This document shows positions 1-10,698 of a stretch of DNA of 64,000 nt, one piece after another (position 1 is the first letter of the stretch; each line of letters opens with the position of its first letter). Below the pieces are notes generated by a model. The model was given only the letters and a program-made list of their open reading frames with translations, was not told the DNA's origin and did no database searches. A program made the translations under genes and the position numbers. Source of the DNA: Candidatus Aldehydirespiratoraceae bacterium (GTDB taxonomy: Bacteria; Actinomycetota; Acidimicrobiia; Acidimicrobiales; Aldehydirespiratoraceae). The stretch spans positions 195,260-259,259 of the forward strand of contig CBDEVU010000009.1 of the NCBI GenBank assembly GCA_965243715.1. Direction: 5' to 3'.

Positions 1-245
1 GAGACGGTTATCTCCAGCGGCAGGGGCAGGAGGTCAGCGTCGAGAAAAATCTCGACGTCGCGGAGCGGACGCCGAACCAAATAGGAGTCAAGTTGCCGTC
101 CGGTTATACCGGTGTCGACCGACACCTCGAACTTCGTGCCTCAACCGTGAGGTTCGAGAAGATCAATCACGGCCCGGCCCCCTTTGCGCCGAATTAGCGC
201 CGCGGCCTTCTCAGTCACATAAAGTTCCAGCGCATAAAGTTCCAT
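1..245 (-). CDS. Small protein, partial at window edge, with in-frame TGA at 143..141; candidate selenoprotein or nonsense pseudogene
   Basis: Hand translation from ATG 245..243: MELYALELYVTEKAAALIRRKGGRAVIDLLEPHG-TGA-GTKFEVSVDTGITGRQLDSYLVRRPLRDVEIFLDADLLPLPLEITV. The frame stays open to position 1. GC-rich hairpin 14 nt after the TGA. Confidence 0.3.
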
Positions 246-344
246 ACCGGCATAAACCCTAGGTCAAGGTGACGGTGAAGCCGCGACCCGGGAATCTGCC
301 AGCCATAACAGTGACTGCCAGTCGGCCTCTATAGAGTCGGATCG

Positions 345-3300
345 ATGAGATCAAAGACCGATAGGCTAGACGACCCGGTCCTCAATTCACCCTATGACCC
401 GCCGGAGGCGTATTTCGTGCTCGGGCCGAAGGGGCCGACCGGTGAGGTCAAACCGGGGCGTCGCCCCAGCGAGTCTTTCATCCCAGTGCCGGTTTCGAAG
501 AAGATGAAGCGAGGTCACAAAAAAGATCACCCCGCGGCAGCCGAAGAAGCGAGCCTCGATCTTTTTGATATTACCGGTGAGCGGCGGGAGCAAAACAGCC
601 TGATCAACGACATCAGGAAACGGGTGGAGCTTTGGCGAGCCCGGGGGTATGTCGGGGTGACACCGATCAGCCGGAAACTGATGGAGCATTGGGCTGACGA
701 GACTCGCCAAGAGAGGGTTCTTTTCTGTCAGCGTGAAGCAGCCGAGACCGCCATCTATTTGGCCGAGGTTGCTGGTAGGCACGGCGAGCCGGACTTTCGG
801 GCCCGTATCGAGCCTCACAACATTGAGCACAATAACGGTCTGCCCAGGGTCGCGTTGAAAATGGCGACCGGCACCGGCAAGACGATCGTGATGGGCATGC
901 TGATCGCGTGGCAGACCTGCAATAAGGCGTACAGCCCGCGAGACGCCAGGTTCACGAACCGGTTTCTGGTCGTCGTTCCAGGTATCACGATTCGGGACCG
1001 GCTGCGGGTGCTGTTCCCGCACGACGATTCGAATTATTACGACCTGCGCGGCCTAGTGCCCCACGATCTGCGCTCAACGCTAGATGATGCCGCGATCATG
1101 ATCACGAACTATCACACCTTTTTGCCGAAGACGGCGAAGGAGATGCAGGGAGTGGCCAAGAACACTCGACTCCTTTTGACGTCGGGGAAGAAAACGGATC
1201 CGTTCTTGGAAACCGAAGAGGACATCGTCGATCGGGTGATGCGAGATTTTTCGAGCCGTGGCAAAGGCGGGATCCTTGTTCTGAACGATGAAGCCCATCA
1301 CTGTTATCAGGACAAACCGCTTGGTTCGGATCAGCCCGACAAGCTCGATCGGGAAACCAAGGAACGCAACCAAGGGGCCCGGGTGTGGTTCCGCGGGCTC
1401 GATGCCGTCGCCCAACGGGTAGGGGTAAAAGCGATTTATGACCTTTCGGCGACTCCCTTCTATCTAGGCGGGTCCGGATACCACGAGGGCTACATTTTTC
1501 CGTGGGTCATAAGCGACTTCTCACTAATGGATGCCATCGAGTCGGGAATTGTCAAGGTGCCGAGGGTGCCGGTGGACGACGACGTTGTTGCCACTGATCA
1601 GCCAACATATTTGAACCTTTGGGATCACGTCGGCGATCAACTTCCGAAACGTGCCAACAAGAAAGCTCAGTCCGACGCAACCTGGGTGCCTCCCAAAGTA
1701 CTCCAGGGTGCTCTCGAGTCGCTTTACCGGAGCTACGACAAGCGCTTCCGGGCTTGGGAAAAAGACCTCAAGCCGCACGGCGAGTCTCCTCCGGTGATGA
1801 TCGTGGTTTGCCCCAACACGATCGTGTCGAAGCTCGTGTTCGACTGGATCGCCGGTCAGGCCATTTTGTCGCCGGACGGCAGCGAAATCGTCCGCAAAGG
1901 CAACCTCGCGTTGTTGTCCAACGCGGTCGAGGGTCGATGGCTCGACCGACCTCCCACGATCATCGTGGATTCGGCCCAACTCGAATCGGGTGAGGTGCTG
2001 AAGCAGGATTTCAAAGCCGCGGCCGGGCGCGAGATCGATACGTTCAAGCATGAATACCGGCGGCGAAATCACGGCGCTGATGTTACAAAACTCACCGACG
2101 AAGACATCCTGCGAGAGGTCATGAACACGGTGGGTAAGAAAGGTAAGCTAGGGGAGACGGTCCGCTGCGTGGTGAGTGTGTCGATGCTGACCGAGGGCTG
2201 GGACGCCAACACGGTGACGCACGTTCTCGGTATTCGGCGGTTCGGTAGTCAACTGCTGTGCGAGCAGGTGGTGGGTCGAGGTCTCCGCCGCCGCAGTTAT
2301 GAGGTCAACGCCGATGGGAGGTTCGAGCCGGAGTACGCCGAGGTGTACGGCGTCCCGTTTGCTTTCATCCCCACCGATCGCACGATCGACACCCCGAAAC
2401 CAGCTTCGCCAGTGATCGAGGTTCGTTCTTTGCCTGACCGATATGACCTTCGTATCGAGTTTCCCAAGCTCGACGGTTACCGAGTTGAGGTCCCCGAAGA
2501 GCCGATCGTGTTCGATCACGAAAACACTAAACAGCTCCATATCGACAAGGACCAGGTGGCGATCTGGGTCGAAGTGGGTGGCCTCGTCGGCCGGGCCGAT
2601 GAGATCGACCTGTCGAACGTGCGCAACGCCCGGCGACAGCACATCATCTACGAGATCGCCGCGGAGGTGCTGCGGCGGTTCTTCTGCGGGCACGACGAAG
2701 CGCTAAAGCCGTGGCTGTTCCCGGCGATTCTCGACGTGACCCGCCGCTGGTTTGAATCGAAAGTCGATTTCGGGGCCGATACCCCGCCCGGGGTGCTGCT
2801 GCTGGCCCAGTGCAAGATTGCCGCCGCGGCGGCTGTCTACGACGCTGTCATCCGTTATCCCGATGCTCGGCGTGAGATGATGCTGCCGCTTTTTCGTCGC
2901 TTCGACCGGTTGGGGTCCACCGATGAGGTCCTGTTTTTTACCCGAAAGGCGGCGATCGAGACGCAACGGTCGCCGGTGAACTACGTCGTGCTCGACGGCA
3001 TTAAGGGCAATACTTGGGAAGAAACCGTCGCCGCGATCCTCGAGGCTGATACTGAGCGGGTCGTGTCTTACGTCAAAAACGATCACCTCGATTTCGACAT
3101 CCCCTATGTCTATGAAGGCAAAAGCCACCGTTACGTGCCCGATTTTTTGGTCCGGCTTGCTCAACGCGACGATGACTCGGTCCCCCGCACGCTCATCATC
3201 GAGGTTTCGGGCGGTCGAAAGAGCCCCAGTCTCACGGCCGCGAAAGCCGCCACCGCGCGAGATCAGTGGTGTACGGCGGTCAACAACGACGGCGGCTTCG

Positions 3301-3413
3301 GCCGCTGGGGTTACGTAGAGATCGTTTCGATGGTCAACGCCGCTGAACGTATCGGCGACGCCCTCGACGCTCTCTACGCTGACGATCCCGTCATTGGCGT
3401 ACCGGTCAGCTAG
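345..3413 (+). CDS. res: Type III restriction enzyme Res subunit (SF2 helicase plus C-terminal PD-(D/E)xK-like nuclease)
   Basis: 1022 aa. Walker A MATGTGKT, DEAH box VLNDEAHHC, motif VI-like QVVGRGLRR, C-terminal YVPDF...LIIEVSGGRK. Overlaps the downstream methylase ORF. Confidence 0.85.
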   Translation: MRSKTDRLDDPVLNSPYDPPEAYFVLGPKGPTGEVKPGRRPSESFIPVPVSKKMKRGHKKDHPAAAEEASLDLFDITGERREQNSLINDIRKRVELWRARGYVGVTPISRKLMEHWADETRQERVLFCQREAAETAIYLAEVAGRHGEPDFRARIEPHNIEHNNGLPRVALKMATGTGKTIVMGMLIAWQTCNKAYSPRDARFTNRFLVVVPGITIRDRLRVLFPHDDSNYYDLRGLVPHDLRSTLDDAAIMITNYHTFLPKTAKEMQGVAKNTRLLLTSGKKTDPFLETEEDIVDRVMRDFSSRGKGGILVLNDEAHHCYQDKPLGSDQPDKLDRETKERNQGARVWFRGLDAVAQRVGVKAIYDLSATPFYLGGSGYHEGYIFPWVISDFSLMDAIESGIVKVPRVPVDDDVVATDQPTYLNLWDHVGDQLPKRANKKAQSDATWVPPKVLQGALESLYRSYDKRFRAWEKDLKPHGESPPVMIVVCPNTIVSKLVFDWIAGQAILSPDGSEIVRKGNLALLSNAVEGRWLDRPPTIIVDSAQLESGEVLKQDFKAAAGREIDTFKHEYRRRNHGADVTKLTDEDILREVMNTVGKKGKLGETVRCVVSVSMLTEGWDANTVTHVLGIRRFGSQLLCEQVVGRGLRRRSYEVNADGRFEPEYAEVYGVPFAFIPTDRTIDTPKPASPVIEVRSLPDRYDLRIEFPKLDGYRVEVPEEPIVFDHENTKQLHIDKDQVAIWVEVGGLVGRADEIDLSNVRNARRQHIIYEIAAEVLRRFFCGHDEALKPWLFPAILDVTRRWFESKVDFGADTPPGVLLLAQCKIAAAAAVYDAVIRYPDARREMMLPLFRRFDRLGSTDEVLFFTRKAAIETQRSPVNYVVLDGIKGNTWEETVAAILEADTERVVSYVKNDHLDFDIPYVYEGKSHRYVPDFLVRLAQRDDDSVPRTLIIEVSGGRKSPSLTAAKAATARDQWCTAVNNDGGFGRWGYVEIVSMVNAAERIGDALDALYADDPVIGVPVS

Positions 3414-3423
3414 GAGACTCATC

Positions 3424-6091
3424 ATGGCCCGAAAGCAAACTCCCCAGCAAGGCCCGACCGCAGTCGAGGCTATCACTCATAGGCAAACCCGGGCCAACAT
3501 CCCGACCGCCGACGCCCATAATCTGCTCCCGCCCGATGTTGAGGAGATCATCGAGGTCACTTACCCCCGCGAGATCCGCTCGCCGATGCTGGTCTGGAAA
3601 GGCAAAGAAGAACTCGATGATGAGGACCTCTGTGTTGACGCCCCCCCGATCTACATCCAAGAAAAGATCGACCCTCGGGTGCTGATCGAAAACCTGCGCA
3701 AGACCGTGGCTGCGGCGGGTGAAAGCGAGCCTGAGCAGACGTTGTTCGAAGCGTTCGACGGGTTGAACGAACTAGACCTAGTAGAGTTTTATAAGCATTC
3801 GGCCAACTGGTCGAACCGGGTGATCCTCGGCGACAGCTTACAGGTCATGGCCAGCCTGGCCGAGCGGGAGCGACTGCGGGGCAAGGTCCAGATGATCTAC
3901 CTGGATCCGCCTTACGGGATCAAGTTCGGTTCGAACTGGCAGGTATCGGCCCGTAAGCGTGAAGTCACCGACGGCAAAACCGATCACGTGGCCCGCGATG
4001 CTGAGCAGGTCAAAGCTTTCCGGGACACTTGGGAGCTAGGGATTCATAGCTATCTCAGCTATCTGCGTGACCGGTTACAGGTCGGGCGGGATTTGCTGAC
4101 CGAGAGCGGATCGGTGTTTGTCCAGATCGGGGCCGAGAACGTCCATCTTGTGCGTTCGCTGCTCGATGAGGTGATGGGGTCCGAGAACTTCGTGAGCCTG
4201 ATCTCGTTCGTGACTACCAGCGGTTTCACTAGCTCGACAACCCTGTCGAGAAACGGCGATTACCTTGTCTGGTACGCCAAAGCGATCGATAAGGTCAAGA
4301 TCCGGCGGCAGTGGGTGGCGGCACCGGACCGGCAGGGTTACCGATGGCTCTGCTTTGCCGACGGTACCAGCAGAGGTATGAAGCGAACCGAGACTCTCGA
4401 GGATTTGCCAGCCGGCTGCCGTCTATACCAACCAGATAACTTGAAGTCACAAGGAGGAGCTGGGACCGATCAGACGTTCGAGCATTTGGGCAAGACGTAC
4501 ACCCCGGGGGCCAATTCCCATTGGAAAGCTTCGTTACCCGCGGGCATGGCCCGGCTCGCGGCCGCCAACCGGATTCATGTGGCTCGAAACATCATCAGGT
4601 ACCGGCGGTTCGTGGATGATTTCCCATATCAGGTTCGTGGCAACTTCTGGACTGATACAGGTAGTAGTCTCGGTGGCGACAAGATCTACGTGGTGCAGAC
4701 CAACACCAAGGTCGTAGAGCGCTGCCTGCTGCTAGCGACCGATCCCGGCGATCTGGTCCTCGACCCGACCTGCGGTTCGGGCACCACGGCGTTCGTGGCT
4801 GAGCGTTGGGGCCGACGGTGGATCACGATTGATTCCTCTCGGGTCGCGCTGGCGCTTTGTCGTCAGCGGCTGGCCGGAGCCCGGTTCCCGTACTTTATGC
4901 TCGCCGATTCGCCCGAAGGTCGGGCCAAAGAAAGCGAGGTTGCTAATAAGAAACTGGCCCCCGCCGAGACAACGAACGACGTTCGACAAGGGTTTGTTTA
5001 TGAGCGCGTCCCCCACATAACGCTCAGTTCGATCGCCAACAACCCCGACATTCACGCCGGGATGACCCCGGCCGCAATCGACGCCGCGATTACCCGCCAC
5101 GCCGACTCCGAACTGCTCTACGATAAGCCTTACTCAGACCCGGGAAAGGTCCGGGTGACCGGCCCGTTCACCGTCGAGAGCTTATCCCCGCACCGCAATC
5201 TGGCCGGCCTTGACGACCGGTCGAACCCGGCCTGCAGCGAGCGGTCCCGGCCGGGCTATGCGGAGGCGTCCTTTGAGCAAATCATCCTAGAGAACCTGGG
5301 CGCAGCCGGGGTGCAAAATGGCCGCAAGGCTGAGCGTATCGAGTTTGATCTCATCGAGGGTTACGCCGGTAGCTACGTGCAGGCGATCGGAATACGACAA
5401 GAACAGGGGGGGGGGAGGGCCGAAGCGGGTTGGTCTGTCGATCGGGCCGCAGTACGGAACGGTGGCCCCGCAGTTCGTCAAGAACGCGGCCCGCGAAGCC
5501 AGCAAGGATAACGATCTCGACCTTCTCTGCATTCTCGCCTTCGCCTTTGATCCGCAGGTACTAAACACCGACGAAGATTACGTCGCCACCGACGAGAGTT
5601 TCGACGTGGCCGGCAGCCGTTCGATCGGTAAGATCCCGGTGCTGCTAGTGCGGATGAACACCGACCTTTTGATGGGTTCGGACCTGAAAAAGACGGGGCG
5701 GGGGAATCTTTTCACCGTTTTCGGAGAACCCGACATCGCGGTCAAACAAAAAGGCGACAATATAATTGTTGAGTTGCTCGGCGTTGACGTCTATGACCCT
5801 ACTACGGGTGACGTGCGCTCGGATCAGACCGATAAGGTTGCGCTGTGGATGATCGACACCGACTACGACGAAGAGAGTTTCTTCGTCCGCCACTGTTACT
5901 TCACCGGCGGTCAGGATCCCTATAAACGACTAAAACTGGCCCTCAAGGCCGACATCGATGCTGAGGCGTGGGAGACCCTATATCAGACGGTTAGCCGGCC
6001 TTTCCCCAAGCCGTCGACGGGGAAGATCGCGGTGAAGGTCATCAACGACTACGGCGACGAAGTGGTTAAGGTCATCAATGTCATCGACTGA
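3424..6091 (+). pseudogene. mod: Type III-like Mod DNA methyltransferase (N6/N4 class), split by a frameshift at a G10 tract
   Basis: IYLDPPYGIKFGSNWQ (motif IV) followed by DPTCGSGTTA (motif I). AGGAGA RBS before ATG 3424. Frame 1 (3394..5511) turns to junk after G10 at 5406..5415. Frame 2 (5318..6091) continues with PKRVGLSIGPQYGTVAPQFVKNAAREA. Confidence 0.8.
5406..5415 (+). repeat. G10 homopolymer inside mod, at the frameshift point
   Basis: Direct read: ...gaaca gggggggggg aggg... Confidence 0.9.
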
Positions 6092-6126
6092 GCAACTCTG
6101 TGGCGCCGATTTAGGCACAAGGTGAT

Positions 6127-7389
6127 TCAGGTGATCCCAGATCGTAGAGCAGTTATTGGTTCAACTCGCGAAGCTTGCCACGCCGGATAGAGCCCCGCGA
6201 TTAGTCCGGTCAGGGCGCCTGCAATCGGTGCCAATAGCGGTAGACGAACCGCGAGTACCGGCGTCCACGACTGCCAGGCAGAAACGGCAACGATCGAAAG
6301 AACACCCACCGACGAGCCGACTATGCCACCAAGCAGACCAACAATCGTAGACTCTGTGGTGAATTGCGACGCTATATGCGTTCTAGACGCGCCAACCGCT
6401 CTGCGAAGTCCGATCTCTCCAACGCGTTCGGTCACACTCACGAGTGTCACATTAGCGATGCCGATCGCTCCCGCGAGAAGGCCGACTCCTCCAAGCATTA
6501 AGAACAACGCGTTGACATCGCGTCTGAGCCCAGCTCTGACCAGTCTGGAATCAGAGCCAGTTAGCGCCTCTAAGGATTCTGGTTTTGTGGCGTTCAAAGC
6601 GAGCGGAGCGACGTCCGCTATTGTGGTATTTGCACCAACCTCAGTCCGCAGATAGACCTCGGCGATACCTTTCAGCCCAAACTTTTCCCGAGCGAGACCA
6701 TTGGGCACGAAAATTGAAGCATCCAAGCCGCCGCCCGCATCCGCGGAACTGACGATACCCACGACCGTAACACGGGCGTTTCCCATGAGAATCGTTGGGG
6801 CAACATCGATACGGGCGACGGCTAGTTTCTGAGCGGCCTCGGCGCCGAGCACCACGACCGGATCGCCGCGAACGTTGTGTCCCTCGTCGAACAGACGGCC
6901 AGATATCAGGTTCGCATTCGCGACGTCAAAGTATCCTTCGCTCACCGCAAAGACGGGTAAGAGGTGCCCGGCCGACGCTAAAGGATCGATCACGGCAACG
7001 CCAGACGTCCGCAAAGATGCGTCCTCAATAGAGGTTCGGCTACCGGCGACCTGAACGCCGTTCAATCGCTCGATTCGTTCCGCTGCGTCCCATGGGATAC
7101 TCCCCACCCTGGAACCTCCAAGGTTGTCAGATCCGTCAGAGTTATCCGCGTGCCTCACGACTACCCGTGTAGCAGAGACTTCGTCGAAGCGCGTAACAAT
7201 TTGATTGCCAGCCGTGGCCGAAAGTCCAAGAGTTGCTACGAGGGCAGCCACTCCAAGCACAGTCCCCATCGCCGTCATGGCGGTGCGTCCGGGGCGGGTC
7301 ATGAGCCCATCAATGGCCTCGTTCACGAGGTCACTGACGCCAAGTCTGCCCTCGATCAGATCAAGATCGGTAGCTTGTTTAGAGCGCAT
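6127..7389 (-). CDS. MacB/FtsX-type ABC transporter permease (cassette 1)
   Basis: 420 aa. N-terminal TM, large extracytoplasmic domain, C-terminal FtsX-like TM bundle (RRAVGASRTHIASQF, ALRSGIT end). Confidence 0.85.
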   Translation of the reverse strand: MRSKQATDLDLIEGRLGVSDLVNEAIDGLMTRPGRTAMTAMGTVLGVAALVATLGLSATAGNQIVTRFDEVSATRVVVRHADNSDGSDNLGGSRVGSIPWDAAERIERLNGVQVAGSRTSIEDASLRTSGVAVIDPLASAGHLLPVFAVSEGYFDVANANLISGRLFDEGHNVRGDPVVVLGAEAAQKLAVARIDVAPTILMGNARVTVVGIVSSADAGGGLDASIFVPNGLAREKFGLKGIAEVYLRTEVGANTTIADVAPLALNATKPESLEALTGSDSRLVRAGLRRDVNALFLMLGGVGLLAGAIGIANVTLVSVTERVGEIGLRRAVGASRTHIASQFTTESTIVGLLGGIVGSSVGVLSIVAVSAWQSWTPVLAVRLPLLAPIAGALTGLIAGLYPAWQASRVEPITALRSGIT

Positions 7390-8083
7390 TCACTCGGTCG
7401 CTCACGACGCGGCCGTCGACCAAAGTGACGACGCGTTCGGCCCGGTCTGCAACTTCTGGATTGTGGGTGACCATGACAACGGTCAGCCCGCGGGCGTGGA
7501 GGCGATCGAATAGGTCGAGCACGCCGGTGGCGGTGTCTTGATCGAGGTTCCCGGTGGGTTCGTCGGCCAACAGCAACGAAGGCGAAATCGAGATCGCCCG
7601 GGCGATAGCCACTCGCTGACGCTCGCCACCAGACAGCGTCGGAGGAAATGACGTCAAACGGTGACCTAGACCCACGAGTTCTAACGCCTCGGTGGATTTT
7701 TGGCGCCGGACACTTCGTGGAGTCCGGTGATAGACGTGAGCGATTTCCACATTAGAAACAGCGGTCCGATTGGGAAGAAGATTGAACGTCTGGAACACGA
7801 AGCCGATTTTTTGTCCTCGAAGGATCGAACGGTGACGCTCGGCAAGGTCAAGCGTGTTGGTGCCGTCGAGGTAGTAGGAGCCAGATGAGGGACGATCCAG
7901 CAGGCCCAAAATATTGAGCAGTGTCGACTTGCCGGATCCGCTCGGACCCATAATTGCCACGTATTCACCCCGGCGAAGTTTTAGGCTCACCTCGGCCAAT
8001 GCTGTAACCATCACTTTTCCGCCGAAACTCCGCGCAATTGAAGTGACGTTAATTAGGTCCCGCTCGCTCTCAGGCGATCTCAT
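7379..8083 (-). CDS. ABC transporter ATP-binding protein, MacB/LolD-like (cassette 1)
   Basis: GPSGSGKST Walker A, LSGGERQRVAIARA signature, LLLADEPTGNLD Walker B. Overlaps the permease start. Confidence 0.9.
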   Translation of the reverse strand: MRSPESERDLINVTSIARSFGGKVMVTALAEVSLKLRRGEYVAIMGPSGSGKSTLLNILGLLDRPSSGSYYLDGTNTLDLAERHRSILRGQKIGFVFQTFNLLPNRTAVSNVEIAHVYHRTPRSVRRQKSTEALELVGLGHRLTSFPPTLSGGERQRVAIARAISISPSLLLADEPTGNLDQDTATGVLDLFDRLHARGLTVVMVTHNPEVADRAERVVTLVDGRVVSDRVNAL

Positions 8084-9801
8084 CGGGTACCGACAATTAC
8101 CGAGTCGGCCTCAACCAGTAGGCCTTCGTCGGTGGGCGTCACCTCGGCCAGGCCCGCCTCGGGGTCGAACAACCCGACAACGACTAGAACCTCCTCCTCG
8201 ATCCCACCCGGGCGGAGCACCTGAATCCTGGTGGAGCCATCGCCGGAGTCATAGAGGGCGGCCAAAGGCACAGCCAGCACGTCGCCTGAAGTAGAGGAGA
8301 GCGCAAGAGTGACGCGAACGCTGATGTCAAAGAGTTCCGTGTCAGGAACCGAGGCCAACTTGAGAGTCACCAAAACCTGTTCCGTGCTGCCAGGCAGAGC
8401 CGTCCACCCGACGACTTGAGCCGGTGATTCGTAGTCGTAGGAGTCGGCTTCGACCAGCGCTGTCGCCCCCGGTTGGAGCAGATCAACGTCAGCGCGAGCG
8501 GCTTGCACCTCGACGAGAGCGTCCGTTGTAGCGAGTTCGATCACCGGACCTTCAGTAACGTCGTCGCCGACGTCGAGCATGACTCGGGTGACCCGCAACG
8601 GCAGTGTAGGTAGGAACATTATTTCGCTTGAAGGTAACCAGCCGTAGACGGCGTCAAGCAGCCCAGACTGTGCATCCTGAGCAGCGCCGAGCGCGGTTCG
8701 GGCATCGTCAACGGCACGTTGAAACAAGGTCACGTCCGTTCCCGCGATAGCCTCGTCGCGGGCGGCTTGGGCAATCTTAAGATCAAGCTGAGCGACAGCT
8801 ACCTGATCCTCAGCGACCGGTTTTAGGTCAGCGAGCATGACCTCGGCCTCAGCGGACGTCGACCTGGCTTCGGCACGAGCGTTTTTCGACCGGTCGATCG
8901 CAGAAATCAACTCCTCGAGTTCGGCCTCTGTCGGCTGCTGGCCGGTATCAGGGTGTCTCCCAGTAGCGGCGGTTTCCAACCGCTCGCGCGCGGTGACGAG
9001 GTCTGTCTCGGCCGCTTCCAACGCTTTGGACGTTGTGTCCACCGCAGCCCGGGCAAGCTTGAGTTCGTCCGTCGTTGTTTTGATTGTCGACGCGAGAGCT
9101 ATTTCCGACGACTGCACGTTTCGATCAAGCGAGAGTCGTTGCGACTGTGATATTGGGGCCGATGCGCTGGCGAGATCTGCCTTGGCCGCGGCGAGGGAGG
9201 CGGTGGCCGCGGTGACCGAATCCGAGGCCGCGGATAACTGCTCCTTATCGGCCGGGTTGAGAGGGGGACGAAGGAATCCGGCCCGCTCATAGAGACGGCC
9301 TACCGCGGCGCTCGTGTCCACGTCAAACAGCCCATCAACCGGGCCGGGATTGAGGCCTAGCCGGTCGAGGGATAATTCGACTTGACGAACATCGTCGCCA
9401 ACGAAACCTAGGTGCAAGTCACGGAATGCGGGCACTGCTCCTTGCAGAGCGAACACTGGCCGGCCCCCGACTTCGATGAGAAGATCGCCTTCGCCAACCG
9501 AGGAATCAACCTCGGCGAACGTCTTGCTGAGCACAGTCACGCCTGAGACATTCGGACCCACCGAGACGGTTTCATCTACTTCCGCAACGATGGAACCTCG
9601 CAGCACTAACTGGTTGGTAAGGGTTAGCTTCTCAACCGGCGCCGTAACAATTATTGCTGCCGGTTCAGCATTGCTGAGCCGAGCCTCCCCCGGAGCTTTC
9701 AGCTGCGCTCCGAGTACGACTCCGCCAACCCCACAGGCCGCCGCGAACGCGACCGCGGCTAGGAGGCGATGTTTTGAGTTCATAACGTAGGCCAGCCGCA
9801 A
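8080..9801 (-). CDS. HlyD/MacA-like periplasmic adaptor with peptidoglycan-binding-like domain (cassette 1)
   Basis: 573 aa. N-terminal membrane anchor, PG_binding-like VELSLDRLGLNPGPVDGLFDVDTSAAVGRLYERAGF, long Ala-rich coiled coil, beta-rich C-terminus. 4-nt overlap with the ATPase. Confidence 0.7.
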   Translation of the reverse strand: MRLAYVMNSKHRLLAAVAFAAACGVGGVVLGAQLKAPGEARLSNAEPAAIIVTAPVEKLTLTNQLVLRGSIVAEVDETVSVGPNVSGVTVLSKTFAEVDSSVGEGDLLIEVGGRPVFALQGAVPAFRDLHLGFVGDDVRQVELSLDRLGLNPGPVDGLFDVDTSAAVGRLYERAGFLRPPLNPADKEQLSAASDSVTAATASLAAAKADLASASAPISQSQRLSLDRNVQSSEIALASTIKTTTDELKLARAAVDTTSKALEAAETDLVTARERLETAATGRHPDTGQQPTEAELEELISAIDRSKNARAEARSTSAEAEVMLADLKPVAEDQVAVAQLDLKIAQAARDEAIAGTDVTLFQRAVDDARTALGAAQDAQSGLLDAVYGWLPSSEIMFLPTLPLRVTRVMLDVGDDVTEGPVIELATTDALVEVQAARADVDLLQPGATALVEADSYDYESPAQVVGWTALPGSTEQVLVTLKLASVPDTELFDISVRVTLALSSTSGDVLAVPLAALYDSGDGSTRIQVLRPGGIEEEVLVVVGLFDPEAGLAEVTPTDEGLLVEADSVIVGTR

Positions 9802-9810
9802 AAAGAGCGT

Positions 9811-10698
9811 CTAGTGGGTGGCGCTATCGACGAAGTCACGTAGAATCGACTGTCTCACTGCTGTCTTTGTGGCAGATAGCTCTTCTATACAACTTCCCAG
9901 TTCGCTCGCGAGGCGGATTTCTAAGGATTGCAGCCCGCGCAACTCAGCCAGATCGGGTGGATCAAGAATGTCCTCGAATCGAAGATCCAGTGCTTCGTCT
10001 TTCCGGTCAACGGCTAACAACTCATTGACCGCCTCGTCCATTGACGAAGCGAATGGCTCCATCATTTGGCCCAGGTCCGCGAACATCTCCTCGGGATCGT
10101 TGTAGCGGTAGCCGAACCCACCCGCACAGTCTCGCCAAGTCTCCGCCGCTTCGATGGTGCGAGGGTCGGCGGCGGTTAGGTCATCGACGTCGGCAAGTAA
10201 CAGGCTTATGTCTTCGTCAAATCGAACTACGTTGTTTCGATCGGGGTTGATATTGCTGAGGGCATCTCGAAAGCAGTTGTCGAAGGACAAGTCGTACTGC
10301 TTTAACGTAGCGTTGTCTTGGCGATCTCTGATCAGTTGATTAGGATCGTCGGGGGGCGCATCGTCGTTGAAACGTGGTTCTAGCGTCGTGGAAATACCGA
10401 AGCCGTAGACGACCGCGAAGTCTGGCGATTCAAAGAGTTGCTGCCATTCCGTGGACGGAGCGACGGGGACGTATTCGAAGCCGTCCGACGCCATACAGTT
10501 GCTAATCGACTCTTGACGTTTCAGCTCGATATCGGCAACGATCACTCGTTCTTCTTCGTCGGTGGGGCTGTTTATGATCTGTGACAGCACTTCTGCCTGA
10601 TCAGTCGAGATGTCGAGGCTGCCGTTACTTGAGTTGGCGCAGGCTCCGGCAAGTAGGGCTACTAGGGCCAACAATGGGATCATGCGACCTCTAAACAT
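9811..10698 (-). CDS. Secreted putative lipoprotein of unknown function (cassette 1)
   Basis: Signal MFRGRMIPLLALVALLAGAC. Acidic mature protein with CMASDGFEY and WRDCAGGFGY motifs shared with the 22597..23532 product. Confidence 0.6.
   Translation of the reverse strand: MFRGRMIPLLALVALLAGACANSSNGSLDISTDQAEVLSQIINSPTDEEERVIVADIELKRQESISNCMASDGFEYVPVAPSTEWQQLFESPDFAVVYGFGISTTLEPRFNDDAPPDDPNQLIRDRQDNATLKQYDLSFDNCFRDALSNINPDRNNVVRFDEDISLLLADVDDLTAADPRTIEAAETWRDCAGGFGYRYNDPEEMFADLGQMMEPFASSMDEAVNELLAVDRKDEALDLRFEDILDPPDLAELRGLQSLEIRLASELGSCIEELSATKTAVRQSILRDFVDSATH

Noticed and set aside
387-3476. Numerous 60-260-aa ORFs antisense to or overlapping res (for example 387..1022, 1524..2072, 2148..2693, 2703..3476), with similar shadow ORFs throughout the window
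   Set aside because: Typical stop-poor alternative frames of high-GC DNA. Their compositions are Arg/Pro/Gly-rich and unlike real proteins, and every one is fully covered by a longer ORF with clear motifs.
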